DNA of 63,469 nt from the NCBI GenBank assembly GCA_947632245.1, contig CANRON010000001.1, positions 1 through 63,469 on the forward strand. The letters run 5' to 3'. The notes beneath the pieces are model-generated. The model did no database searches, was not told where the DNA came from, and saw only the letters and a program-made list of their open reading frames with translations. Shown one piece after another: positions 1-9,789 of this stretch. Both the position numbers and the translations under genes were made by a program. Position 1 is the first letter of the stretch. Each line of letters starts with the position of its first letter. The stretch comes from an uncultured Ignatzschineria sp. GTDB taxonomy: Bacteria; Pseudomonadota; Gammaproteobacteria; Cardiobacteriales; Wohlfahrtiimonadaceae.

Positions 1-2
1 AA

Positions 3-971
3 TTATGCTTCTAAGACAATCTTGCCAATATGTTCGCTGGACTCCATGAGCGCATGGGCTTTGTCGGCTTCTGCGAGGGGAAATACTTGATAGATTACAG
101 GCTTGAAATGTCCTTGCTCTAAAAGGGGCAACACATCTCTTTCAATATCTTCTGTGAGGATGCGTTTAAATTCATATTCACGGGCACGTAGTGTACTGCC
201 TGTAACCGTGAGGCGTTTTTGCATGATCTTCATAAGGTTTGCTGTCACTTTTGCGCCGCCCATGGAGTTGATATAGACAAGGCGACCGTCAGGATTCATG
301 AGATCAATATTCTTCTCGTAATACTCGCCGCCAATCATGTCTAAAACAACATCAATGCCAATATCTTTCAATACTTCGGCAAAGTCATCGGTTTTATAGT
401 TTACGGCAATGCTTGCGCCTAATTGGGTAACGGCATCTTGTTTTTCTTGATTGCCAACAGTGGTATAAACATTCGCGCCGATAATTTTCGCGAGTTGAAT
501 CGCTGTAATGCCAATGCCGCTACTGCCGCCATGCACAAGAAAGTTTTCGCCTTTTTTGAGCTGACCGCGTTGGAAAACATTACTCCAAACGGTATAGAGT
601 GTTTCCGGCATACTTGCTGCTTCAATAAAGCTTAAGTTTTTAGGTTTTGGAAGTGCAAGAAACTCATCAACCTTTACATATTGCGCATAACCACCGCCAC
701 CGATGAGCGAGAAGACTTCATCGCCAACTTTCCATTTTGAAACGGCAGAACCTATTTCACTGACAATGCCGGCAACTTCAAGACCTAAAATATCTTGTGG
801 CTCGCCTTTAGGGGCAGGGTAATATCCTTTACGCTGAATGACATCAGGGCGATTAACACCTGCGGCTTTTACTTCGATGAGAATATCGTGCTCACCAAGT
901 GTAGGGCGCTCTTTCTCGCCTAATTGAAGGACAGAAGGTGCACCAAATTCTGTGAGAATAACTGCTTTCAT
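3..971 (-). CDS. NAD(P)H-quinone oxidoreductase, zeta-crystallin/PIG3 family (MDR superfamily)
   Basis: Motifs AAGVNRPDVIQRKGYYP, ILGLEVAG, HGGSSGIG (nucleotide binding), TGSTLRAR and C-terminal HIGKIVL. Confidence 0.9.
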   Translation of the reverse strand: MKAVILTEFGAPSVLQLGEKERPTLGEHDILIEVKAAGVNRPDVIQRKGYYPAPKGEPQDILGLEVAGIVSEIGSAVSKWKVGDEVFSLIGGGGYAQYVKVDEFLALPKPKNLSFIEAASMPETLYTVWSNVFQRGQLKKGENFLVHGGSSGIGITAIQLAKIIGANVYTTVGNQEKQDAVTQLGASIAVNYKTDDFAEVLKDIGIDVVLDMIGGEYYEKNIDLMNPDGRLVYINSMGGAKVTANLMKIMQKRLTVTGSTLRAREYEFKRILTEDIERDVLPLLEQGHFKPVIYQVFPLAEADKAHALMESSEHIGKIVLEA

Positions 972-1220
972 ATCGACTCCCTTAATTGTTCTGTGTACTT
1001 CTCTTTCATAATTTTAAACGCTACTTGGTAAAAAATTAACGTATTTAAAACATCAATATCACCGTAAGTAATTGAATATAAATGAAAAGGGAAGAGGGTT
1101 TTAAGACTGAATAGACTAATCCTATCAATTATTCATCTTAACGAATTAAAGCGATTACGTCTATCTGTAGGGGATATGGTGATATCGGCTTATCATCAAA
1201 CGCTAAAACAGCGATCTATT

Positions 1221-1250
1221 AAAATGCCGAAAGTACTATGACTTTCGGCA
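1221..1250 (-). terminator. Intrinsic terminator downstream of the ydiJ-like gene
   Basis: 10-bp inverted repeat TGCCGAAAGT/ACTTTCGGCA followed by a T run on the minus strand. Confidence 0.6.
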
Positions 1251-1315
1251 CTATGTTTTTGTAGCTATTGTATGAATTCATCTTATCTCGATTAAGAAAT
1301 AAGATGAGCGGTTTT

Positions 1316-4249
1316 TTAAGCCTGAATTAATTCATTGAGCTTCACAAGGGGATGAACGATCGTGACGTTATCAAGACGTTTTACCTGTCCTCGGCAAGAT
1401 GAACCCGTTGCGAGGATTGTTTCAGGGTTATTGCCCTGTATAACTTCTGCCCATGATTGCGAGTAGATTTTTTTAGAGACTTCTAAGTTCTTTTTAATAT
1501 GACCAAATCCGCCACTCATTCCGCAGCAGCCTGATTTCATCGCATCGAGTTTGAGTCCAAATGCTTCAAATACCAATTGCCATGATTTTGGGGCATGTGT
1601 TGCATTTGTCTTCTCAGTACAATGGCTCATGAGTTTTAAAGTTTCTGAGGCTTGTAGTACTGGGATATTCTCAGCTGTTTCTAAATAACGGCTAAGCCAT
1701 TCTTGTACGAGCTCGACTTTGGGGGTATCTAAACCAATAGCGGGATATTCATCACGATAGGTCAGCGTAATAGGCGGTTCAATTCCGACCATTGCAATGC
1801 CATAGCCTTTAAGATCTTCGAGCAGTTGGTGCTGTTTTTCAGCCTCTTTTTTAAACTGATCAAGCGCTCCATAAACCTGTGCAACTTTCCCTGATGCTTG
1901 ATATGGTGCGATAAAGACTTCTACGCCGAGTTTGTGAAGAAGTTCGACAGTAGCATTAAAGGTTTTCGCATCGTAATACATGAAAAATGAGTCAGGCACG
2001 ATGATTACCGCTTTTTCTTTATCTTTAACACGATGAAGCTGTGAAAGGTTACTTGTGGATAACTCTGTATATATCTTGTTGGCAGGGAGATATTGTCCAC
2101 GTTCAAGAAGGGGTAAATCCACAAGGCCGATATAGTCGAACATCTTTTTACCGAGCTTGTTACTGGCAATTAAGTTATAAGCGCCACTGACTTTATTCGT
2201 GATCGGCGCCATTTTTTCAGCGCCAATTAAGAGTTTTTCATACAAGGGGCGTTTATGTGTTTGGTAGTAATGGTTCATAAACTGTGATTTTGCCGCTGGA
2301 ATATTAACCTTAATCGGGCATTCGCCGGCGCATGATTTACAGCTTAAGCAGAGGGATAATGAATCATAGACTTCTGTTTCAAAGGCTTTATTCGTGATGT
2401 TGTTTGATTTTTGACGCAACCACTCTTTAATGAGTTCCGCACGTCCTTTGGGGGAGTGAATACGTTCGCGTGTTGCTTTGTAGCTCGGGCACATCGGGGA
2501 ATTCACATCGTAGTTAAAACATGCGCCATTTCCATTACAGTAGAGCGTTGTTGTATAGGCATTTTCAGCCCAGTAATGGCTATTAATCTGTCTGTTGAAA
2601 TCAGCGCGAAGCGGTACTTCATCAATTTTGAGTAGCGGGGTTTCATTCGCCGATGATATTTTACCGGGATTAAGCTGATTGTATGGGTCAAAGGTTGCTT
2701 TTACTTTTTGCACGAGTGGATAGAGCTCGCCAAAGAAAGTTTGTGCATACTCAGAGCGAACGCCCTTACCATGTTCACCCCAAAGTGCACCGCCATATTT
2801 TTGGCAAAGCGCAAAGACTTTGTCTGAAATCTCTCGAATTAAGGGGCGATCTTCAGCCAGTTTTAAGTCAAGGGAAGGGCGCACATGAATGACGCCGGCA
2901 TCGGCATGCCCAAACATACCATATTTTACATTCGCCGCATCTAAGATCGCTCTAAACTCTACAATGAAAGGGGCTAAATTACGAGGGGGAACGGCTGTAT
3001 CTTCTACAAAGGGAATCGGGCGACGATTACCTTTTGCCGCGCCTAAAAGGCCGACTGCGCGTTTGCGAAGCCCATAAATATCACCGACTGCTTTTTTCCC
3101 CATCAGTGGGCGAATAGAGAGACGATTGTGATTAGGGTTTGTTTCTGTATGGGCGATAAAGGCATCTATTTTTGCTTGCAGCTCCATGTCTGTATCTGCA
3201 TTGAACTCAATCATCTGAATTGCTTTGAGCGCAGCATAATCAATGCCAGTAAAGTATTGCTCTGTCGTTGCCCAGATGAAGTCATTTTTGGCAATTTCCA
3301 TGACGATATTATCCACAACTTCCACGGATGTGGGTCGAGGGTTCGAATCCATCAAGAACGGTGCATCTTCTAATGCCGCAATAAAGTCATTGTAGGTAAT
3401 CAGAATTAAGGCTGTCTCTTTTGGGATCGGCAGAACATTCAGTTTTGCTTCTGTAAAAACACCGAGCGTTCCCTCAGATCCACAAAGAAGATGATTGAGG
3501 TTACGGCTTTCATCTTGCGTAAAGTGGTCAAGATCATAGCCTGTAATGAAGCGATTGAGTTGTGGAAAATGGGCGTGAATTGCCTCTTTTTCCGGTAGTA
3601 GCGCATCATAGAGCTGGTTCGTGAGGGGAAAGGCCTCAATATCTAGGCGCTCTTTTTCAGATAACGCGTGACTTTTAATCGCTTCACCGCCAATGCGATA
3701 TGCCAAAATTTCTAGAACGTGTTGGCTTGTTTTTCCATATTCACAGCTGCCTTGCCCAGATGCATCAGTATTGATCATGCCACCAATTGTTGCCCGGTTT
3801 GAGGTGGATAATTCTGGGGCAAAAAAATAGCCTAAGGGGCGAAGATATTCGTTCAGCTGATCTTTTACCACACCTGTTTGTACTGTGACAATACGCTTCT
3901 CTTCATCAAAATCTAAAATATGATTCATGTGACGTGAGATATCAATAATCACGCCACTATTGAGTGATTGACCATTTGTCCCAGTGCCGCCCCCACGAGT
4001 TGACAAGGAGATTGATTGAAATTCAGGCTTTCCGAGTAAAACCATGACTTTTTCCACATCATGATTAGATTTAGGGAAAATCACTGCTTCAGGCATCACC
4101 TGATAGATGGAGTTATCGGTTGCTGAGATAAGTCTTTGGGCGAAACTGACTTCAATATCGCCGCTAAAATGATTATCTTTAAGCGCCTTTAGAAATTTTT
4201 GCGTCAAGGCATTGGGGTGTATAGCAGTTGTCATGGGACTATTTACCAC
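1316..4249 (-). CDS. ydiJ: FAD-binding and 4Fe-4S domain oxidoreductase (YdiJ, D-2-hydroxyglutarate dehydrogenase type)
   Basis: RGGGTGTNGQSL, APELSTSNRATIGGM, GEHGKG, CNGNGAC...CPS, CLSCKSCAGECP, GCCGMSG; true start may be ATG at 4234. Confidence 0.88.
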   Translation of the reverse strand: MVNSPMTTAIHPNALTQKFLKALKDNHFSGDIEVSFAQRLISATDNSIYQVMPEAVIFPKSNHDVEKVMVLLGKPEFQSISLSTRGGGTGTNGQSLNSGVIIDISRHMNHILDFDEEKRIVTVQTGVVKDQLNEYLRPLGYFFAPELSTSNRATIGGMINTDASGQGSCEYGKTSQHVLEILAYRIGGEAIKSHALSEKERLDIEAFPLTNQLYDALLPEKEAIHAHFPQLNRFITGYDLDHFTQDESRNLNHLLCGSEGTLGVFTEAKLNVLPIPKETALILITYNDFIAALEDAPFLMDSNPRPTSVEVVDNIVMEIAKNDFIWATTEQYFTGIDYAALKAIQMIEFNADTDMELQAKIDAFIAHTETNPNHNRLSIRPLMGKKAVGDIYGLRKRAVGLLGAAKGNRRPIPFVEDTAVPPRNLAPFIVEFRAILDAANVKYGMFGHADAGVIHVRPSLDLKLAEDRPLIREISDKVFALCQKYGGALWGEHGKGVRSEYAQTFFGELYPLVQKVKATFDPYNQLNPGKISSANETPLLKIDEVPLRADFNRQINSHYWAENAYTTTLYCNGNGACFNYDVNSPMCPSYKATRERIHSPKGRAELIKEWLRQKSNNITNKAFETEVYDSLSLCLSCKSCAGECPIKVNIPAAKSQFMNHYYQTHKRPLYEKLLIGAEKMAPITNKVSGAYNLIASNKLGKKMFDYIGLVDLPLLERGQYLPANKIYTELSTSNLSQLHRVKDKEKAVIIVPDSFFMYYDAKTFNATVELLHKLGVEVFIAPYQASGKVAQVYGALDQFKKEAEKQHQLLEDLKGYGIAMVGIEPPITLTYRDEYPAIGLDTPKVELVQEWLSRYLETAENIPVLQASETLKLMSHCTEKTNATHAPKSWQLVFEAFGLKLDAMKSGCCGMSGGFGHIKKNLEVSKKIYSQSWAEVIQGNNPETILATGSSCRGQVKRLDNVTIVHPLVKLNELIQA

Positions 4250-5369
4250 TTTTTCGTTTAGGTTGGTCTAAATATTCTTGTGATTGCATCTCAATGAGAC
4301 GGCTAATGGTTCTATCAAATTCAAAATCAATCGCTTTCTCACCTTTCGGCTGATAAAGTTCATTCATGGGAACATCTGATCCGATAATGACTTTCACACC
4401 TTGATCATAAAATTCATCAATCATAATGACAAAGCGGCGGGCTTCATTTTCAAGATCACGAGTGAGTTCTGGTAATTCACTGAAGAAAACCGTATCTAAA
4501 ATCGAGGCGAGGTAGATAAAGTCTTGGGATGATCGGGCTTTTTTACAGGCTTCATTAAAGGTAAACCAAGCAGTCTCTTCAAACATTTCGAGCATCTCAA
4601 ATTGATGGCCATTCACATCAAGCGTAATGGGCTCGCTTGAGTCACCGGCGATCTCTTCGAACTGTGTCTTGAAATGTGCTTCTTGCGCATCTTTATCGCC
4701 AACGAACCATACTTCTGCGCTATCAATGTGGCGCATCCGGTAATCTTGATCGGTATCTAAGACTATAATACCAAGGCGTTTCTTAATGATCTCAATTGCA
4801 GGTAGGAACTGCTGTCTTTGTAGACCATTTTTATAAAGAGCATCAGGTTCACGGTTTGAGGTTGTAATAAAAAAGATACCCTCAGATAAGAGCGCATCAA
4901 GCAAGCGATAAAGAATCATAGCATCTGTAATATCAATGACATGAAACTCATCTACGCAGAGAACCTTACATTCTTTGGCAAATTCTTTAGCCACTAATTT
5001 AAGCGGATCCTCAGATCCTTGATGAAGCCGCATTTTCTTATGCACATCTTGCATAAAGTGATAGTAATGTTCACGAATTTTGGGGACGTCAATATTGTCG
5101 AAAAAAAGATCCATAAGGAAGGTTTTCCCGCGTCCGACGCGCCCATAGATATACAGACCACGGGGATCTGAATAGGTTACAGGGCCATCAGCAAAAGGAT
5201 TCATCATCTTTTGCATAAATGAGCGAGAGTCTTCTGCCGCGATCGGTTTATCTGTTAAAATTTTTTCTCTTAACCGATCATAACTCTCAGCAACAGATAC
5301 CTGTACGGGGTCTTCTTTAAAGCCTTTCTCTGCTATCAGTTTAAAGTATGCTTCTTTAATAGTTGTCAT
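4239..5369 (-). CDS. zapE: AFG1-like ATPase, cell division protein ZapE
   Basis: Walker A GRVGRGKT, Walker B CVDEFHV, TSNREPDALYKNGLQR, FDRTISRLIEMQS; start moved to ATG 5369 (ORF track 5381). Confidence 0.9.
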   Translation of the reverse strand: MTTIKEAYFKLIAEKGFKEDPVQVSVAESYDRLREKILTDKPIAAEDSRSFMQKMMNPFADGPVTYSDPRGLYIYGRVGRGKTFLMDLFFDNIDVPKIREHYYHFMQDVHKKMRLHQGSEDPLKLVAKEFAKECKVLCVDEFHVIDITDAMILYRLLDALLSEGIFFITTSNREPDALYKNGLQRQQFLPAIEIIKKRLGIIVLDTDQDYRMRHIDSAEVWFVGDKDAQEAHFKTQFEEIAGDSSEPITLDVNGHQFEMLEMFEETAWFTFNEACKKARSSQDFIYLASILDTVFFSELPELTRDLENEARRFVIMIDEFYDQGVKVIIGSDVPMNELYQPKGEKAIDFEFDRTISRLIEMQSQEYLDQPKRKSGK

Positions 5370-5377
5370 AAATATTC

Positions 5378-5914
5378 TCAACCCTCTTTCTTTTTTGCCC
5401 TGCGTTCTCGAAAAAAGTCTTTAATTAAAGCGCTGCATTCAGCTTGAAGAACGTGGGGAATTATCGTTATTTTATGATTAAATGCTTTATAGTCGTTAAT
5501 ATTTAAATTGGTACCAAGGGCACCATTTCTGGAGTCTCCTGCGCCGTAAATTACGGAATCGATCCGAGTATGCAGAAAGCTGCCTGCACACATTGTACAA
5601 GGCTCTAGCGTAACATAGAGCTTTGCGCCGGGTAGTCGATAATTTTTCATGATGTTACAAGCTTTCCGAATCGCGACAATTTCGGCATGTGCGGTCGGAT
5701 CATGATCGATGATTGAGCGATTGTGGCCTCTCGCGATGATCTCTCCATCAATCACAATTACAGCGCCAATCGGAACCTCACCAATATCTGCAGCTTTCTG
5801 CGCTTCTATTAAAGCTTCCCGCATAAAAAGTGTATGCTCATCTTGATTCAATGTCCGCTCGTTTGTATTTATTATCGCAGTGGGTAAGGACTGATTAAGA
5901 ATACTATTTGTCAT
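5378..5914 (-). CDS. tadA: tRNA adenosine(34) deaminase
   Basis: EVPIGAV, DPTAHAE and TLEPCTMC zinc-binding motifs. Confidence 0.93.
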   Translation of the reverse strand: MTNSILNQSLPTAIINTNERTLNQDEHTLFMREALIEAQKAADIGEVPIGAVIVIDGEIIARGHNRSIIDHDPTAHAEIVAIRKACNIMKNYRLPGAKLYVTLEPCTMCAGSFLHTRIDSVIYGAGDSRNGALGTNLNINDYKAFNHKITIIPHVLQAECSALIKDFFRERRAKKKEG

Positions 5915-6477
5915 TATGAGAAGAAAACAAGCTTAGCATAGAAATATTCAAGAACTCTTAAACCTAAGAATAATCCTAGAACAATGACCATCGGACGAAA
6001 GTCCATCATGCCCACTTGTAGCTTAAATGGAAATCGTTTAATAAGGGGATTTGTCAATTGGGTTAAAAGACTCAAAAATACAGATTGTCTAGGTGATGAG
6101 CCAATCCAACTACTGATTGCTTGAATGATAAATGCAAAGAGATAGATATAAATCGTATTACGCACAATCTCGATCGCAATGACACCGACAATTGCGAGTG
6201 GGGAGATCGGAGCTGTGACCCCAAGTAGCATTAGGAGAACATATTTTATAACGGTTAAAATCGCGGCCGCTAAGATGCAAGACCAATCGGCGCTGCCAAT
6301 AATGGGCGTGATTTTTCGAATCGGTAAAATTACGGGATTTGTGATTTTCACAATGGATTGAATGATAGGGTGATAGAAGTTTGCTTTAATCAGTTGTAGT
6401 AAAAATCTTAGCAAGACAAAGATAATTGCAAAGCTATAGGCGATCTCAATTAAAAATTCGAGAATATTTGAAATCAT
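5914..6477 (-). CDS. yggT: YggT family membrane protein
   Basis: LLRFLLQ..ANFYHP..Q.IVKITNP...PIRK repeat architecture; follows proC; TAATG overlap with tadA. Confidence 0.85.
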   Translation of the reverse strand: MISNILEFLIEIAYSFAIIFVLLRFLLQLIKANFYHPIIQSIVKITNPVILPIRKITPIIGSADWSCILAAAILTVIKYVLLMLLGVTAPISPLAIVGVIAIEIVRNTIYIYLFAFIIQAISSWIGSSPRQSVFLSLLTQLTNPLIKRFPFKLQVGMMDFRPMVIVLGLFLGLRVLEYFYAKLVFFS

Positions 6478-6566
6478 GGGGTATTGTTTCTCCTGATATT
6501 GGTCACTGGAAAAGTGGATATGATGGGTACTCTTTTTTGCGACATTGCTTAAATCATCATCGGGAA

Positions 6567-7421
6567 CTATTTTATTTGCGCTGAAATAATATCCGATAAT
6601 GCTTTATCTCTATTGAATGCGGCATGCATCGCTTCTGTAATAATGCGATCGAGTCCATTATTTTCAAGACTGAAAATGGCTTGTTCTGTCGTTCCCTTTG
6701 GAGACATCACGTTTTGTTTAAGCGTCTCAAGTGAAAGCTCCGAGCACTGGCTATATTTTGCCGAACCCAAAACCGCTTGTTGGGTGAGCGCAAGGCTATT
6801 TTTTTCATCAAGCCCCATCGCAACGCCTGTTTTTGTCATAATATCCATAAGATAAAAGAGATAAGCAGGACTAGAGCCTGATACCGCAACCGCGGCAGAG
6901 ATGAGCTCTTCTGATGCAAGCCATGCTGTAATACCGCAACTTTCAAAGATGTAATTAGTGATAGCGCGCGCCTCTTCAGAGACTTCCTTATTTGCGTATA
7001 TCGCAGAAGCCCCTAAGCCAATTGTGGCGGGCGTATTCGGCATGACCCGAATAACAGGGTGCGACTCTTTACCAAGTCCGCGCAAAATAGCTTCAATCGA
7101 AACACCGGCGGCAATAGAGATAATCAGCTGATATGGCTTTAAAATCGGCTTGAGTTCAGCAAGAAGTGCCGGAAAACCTTGAGGTTTGATTGCAAGTACT
7201 ATGATATCGAGCTGGTCGATAAAATCATGGTAATCTTCAGTAGCGGTCACTTTTAATGTATCTTGAAAAAAATGACGTTTATCTGCATTTCGGTCACAGA
7301 CAAAGAGCGAATAACCTTCATGTGGGTCACTGTTTTCTTGGCTTAAGCTAGTTAGAATCGCTCTTGCCATATTGCCGCCACCTATAAAACCGATCGATTT
7401 ACTCACGCTTTCCCCCTTCAT
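6567..7421 (-). CDS. proC: Pyrroline-5-carboxylate reductase
   Basis: IGFIGGGNMA, LAIKPQ, RVMPNTP, SGSSPAY, VMSPKGTT. Confidence 0.95.
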   Translation of the reverse strand: MKGESVSKSIGFIGGGNMARAILTSLSQENSDPHEGYSLFVCDRNADKRHFFQDTLKVTATEDYHDFIDQLDIIVLAIKPQGFPALLAELKPILKPYQLIISIAAGVSIEAILRGLGKESHPVIRVMPNTPATIGLGASAIYANKEVSEEARAITNYIFESCGITAWLASEELISAAVAVSGSSPAYLFYLMDIMTKTGVAMGLDEKNSLALTQQAVLGSAKYSQCSELSLETLKQNVMSPKGTTEQAIFSLENNGLDRIITEAMHAAFNRDKALSDIISAQIK

Positions 7422-7517
7422 TAATCGTTGTTGATTTTACCTATTTACACTCTGCTAAAGATGATTTTAAGGCTCTCAATACTTAGCTTAGATTCTATTT
7501 TATGAGGTTAGATAGCA

Positions 7518-9569
7518 TTAAGCGAGTATAAATTCTTTTTTGAGTGATTCAATCTCATCTCGTTTGCGTGCAGCTTCTTCGAACTCAAGATTTTGTGCAT
7601 GATTGAGCATCTCTTTTTCAAGCTTTTCAATATGTTTTGCAAATAATTTTGGATTCGATCTAAACTGATTCTCATTATCAATCGATGTTTCATCAATGAT
7701 GAGTTTTCCACGGTATTCTTTAATATACTCATTTTTAGGTGTGGTATCTCGGGCATCGTAAAGGGTATCTTGAATCTGTTTGATGATGGTTTGTGGTGTA
7801 ATGCCATGCTTTTCGTTGTAGGCTTCTTGCAGTGCTCTGCGGCGCTTTGTCTCATCAATGGCAAACTGCATGGCTTTCGTGATCTTATTGCCGTATAAAA
7901 TCGCAGTACCATCGACATTTCGAGCAGCACGACCGATTGTTTGAATTAAAGATCTTTCCGAGCGAAGAAAGCCCTCTTTATCAGCATCTAAAATAGCAAC
8001 GAGCGATACTTCAGGGATATCTAAGCCTTCTCGCAATAAGTTAATACCGACTAAAACATCAAAAACCCCAAGACGAAGATCTCGAAGAATTTCAACGCGT
8101 TCAATCGTATCAATATCGGAATGGAGATACCGTACCTTCACGCCATGATCAGCTAAGAACTCAGTGAGGTCTTCAGACATTCGTTTTGTTAAAGTGGTGA
8201 TAAGGACGCGCTCATTTTTGGCGACACGTTTCGTGATTTCAGATAAGACATCATCTACTTGTGTATCAACGGGGCGAACTTCAACGATGGGGTCTAAAAG
8301 CCCTGTCGGGCGTACAACTTGCTCGACGATTTGATCGGCATGCTCAGCTTCATATGTGCTGGGCGTTGCCGAAACAAAGATTGTTTGCGGCATTAAGGCT
8401 TCAAACTCTTCAAATTGTAAGGGCCTGTTATCAAGTGCCGAGGGCAGCCTAAATCCGTAGTTAACGAGCGTCTCTTTACGTGAGCGGTCACCTTTATACA
8501 TCGCGCCGACTTGAGGCACGGCAACGTGCGACTCATCAATGAAAAATATGGCATTGTCGGGAAGGTAGTCAAAAAGTGTGGGCGGTGCATCACCAGGATT
8601 TCTGCCAGAGAGGTAGCGAGAGTAGTTCTCAATGCCTTGACAGTAACCGAGTTCGATCATCATCTCGATATCAAATTTTGTCCGTTGCTCAATTCTTTGC
8701 GCTTCTACTAATTTATTCTGAGCACGCAATTCCTCTAAACGATCTGCTAGTTCCACTTTAATGTTTTCTACTGCGGCAAGAATACGTTCTTTCGGCGTCA
8801 CATAGTGACTAGAGGGATAGATCGTCAATCGCGGTACAACGCGAGAAACATGGCCTGTCAGTGGATCAAAAAAAGAGAGGTTTTCGACTTCATCATCAAA
8901 GAGCTCAATTCGAACGGCATCGCGTTCACTCTCCGCAGGGAAGACATCAATAATTTCGCCGCGCACCCGGAAGTTTCCACGTTCAAGTACCGTATCATTG
9001 CGCGTATATTGAAGCTCTACTAAACGCCTGATAATCGCACGCTGATCAATTCTTTCCCCTTTAGAAACATGCAAAATCATGCTCATGTAGTGATCTTTGT
9101 CACCGAGTCCATAAATGGCAGACACCGTTGCGACAATGATAGTATCAGGACGCTCGAGAATCGCTTTAGTCGCTGAAAGGCGCATCTGTTCGATATGATC
9201 GTTGATGGATGCATCTTTTTCAATAAAGGTGTCGGATGCCGGAACATATGCTTCAGGCTGATAGTAATCATAATATGAGACAAAATATTCAACAGCATTA
9301 TCGGGGAAAAACTCTTTCATCTCCCCATAAAGTTGTGCCGCAAGCGTTTTGTTGGGCGCGAGTATCATGGCAGGGCGCTGGGTATTTTGAATAATATTAG
9401 CCATAGTAAATGTTTTACCCGATCCCGTAACGCCAAGTAGCGTTTGGAATGCGAGGCCATCATTAAGCCCTTCAGTGAGCGCTTTAATCGCAGCAGGTTG
9501 ATCGCCAGCTGGAGAATAATGCGTTGAAAGCTTGAAATTTGTTTGATCTGTCGCCATATATGTAAGCAA
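7518..9569 (-). CDS. uvrB: Excinuclease ABC subunit B
   Basis: [19 protein letters not shown] beta-hairpin, DESH, C-terminal UVR domain ([11 protein letters not shown]); likely start ATG 9557. Confidence 0.97.
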   Translation of the reverse strand: MLTYMATDQTNFKLSTHYSPAGDQPAAIKALTEGLNDGLAFQTLLGVTGSGKTFTMANIIQNTQRPAMILAPNKTLAAQLYGEMKEFFPDNAVEYFVSYYDYYQPEAYVPASDTFIEKDASINDHIEQMRLSATKAILERPDTIIVATVSAIYGLGDKDHYMSMILHVSKGERIDQRAIIRRLVELQYTRNDTVLERGNFRVRGEIIDVFPAESERDAVRIELFDDEVENLSFFDPLTGHVSRVVPRLTIYPSSHYVTPKERILAAVENIKVELADRLEELRAQNKLVEAQRIEQRTKFDIEMMIELGYCQGIENYSRYLSGRNPGDAPPTLFDYLPDNAIFFIDESHVAVPQVGAMYKGDRSRKETLVNYGFRLPSALDNRPLQFEEFEALMPQTIFVSATPSTYEAEHADQIVEQVVRPTGLLDPIVEVRPVDTQVDDVLSEITKRVAKNERVLITTLTKRMSEDLTEFLADHGVKVRYLHSDIDTIERVEILRDLRLGVFDVLVGINLLREGLDIPEVSLVAILDADKEGFLRSERSLIQTIGRAARNVDGTAILYGNKITKAMQFAIDETKRRRALQEAYNEKHGITPQTIIKQIQDTLYDARDTTPKNEYIKEYRGKLIIDETSIDNENQFRSNPKLFAKHIEKLEKEMLNHAQNLEFEEAARKRDEIESLKKEFILA

Positions 9570-9789
9570 TCGTTTATTCTATGAAAGTGAAAAGGCTACT
9601 ATAGCATAACTTCTATCAATCAAAGTTAGGTGTTAGTATCTATATATAGAGATTAACAAGAATGAATTTGATCGCGCTATAATGCTTCGTTAAATATTTA
9701 ATCCATTGGCAGCTATGACGGTATTGCAGGTGGTATTGCAACGGTTGCCAACATTAAAACCATAATAAAAATGGAGATACAGAACTATA

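Noticed and set aside
7508-7930. 140-aa alternative-frame ORF inside uvrB
   Set aside because: Overlaps a conserved gene and has no recognisable motif
9570-9789. LexA (SOS) box upstream of uvrB; palindrome TCTATATATAGA at 9639-9650
   Set aside because: Lacks the CTGT-N8-ACAG core; low-complexity AT palindrome expected by chance
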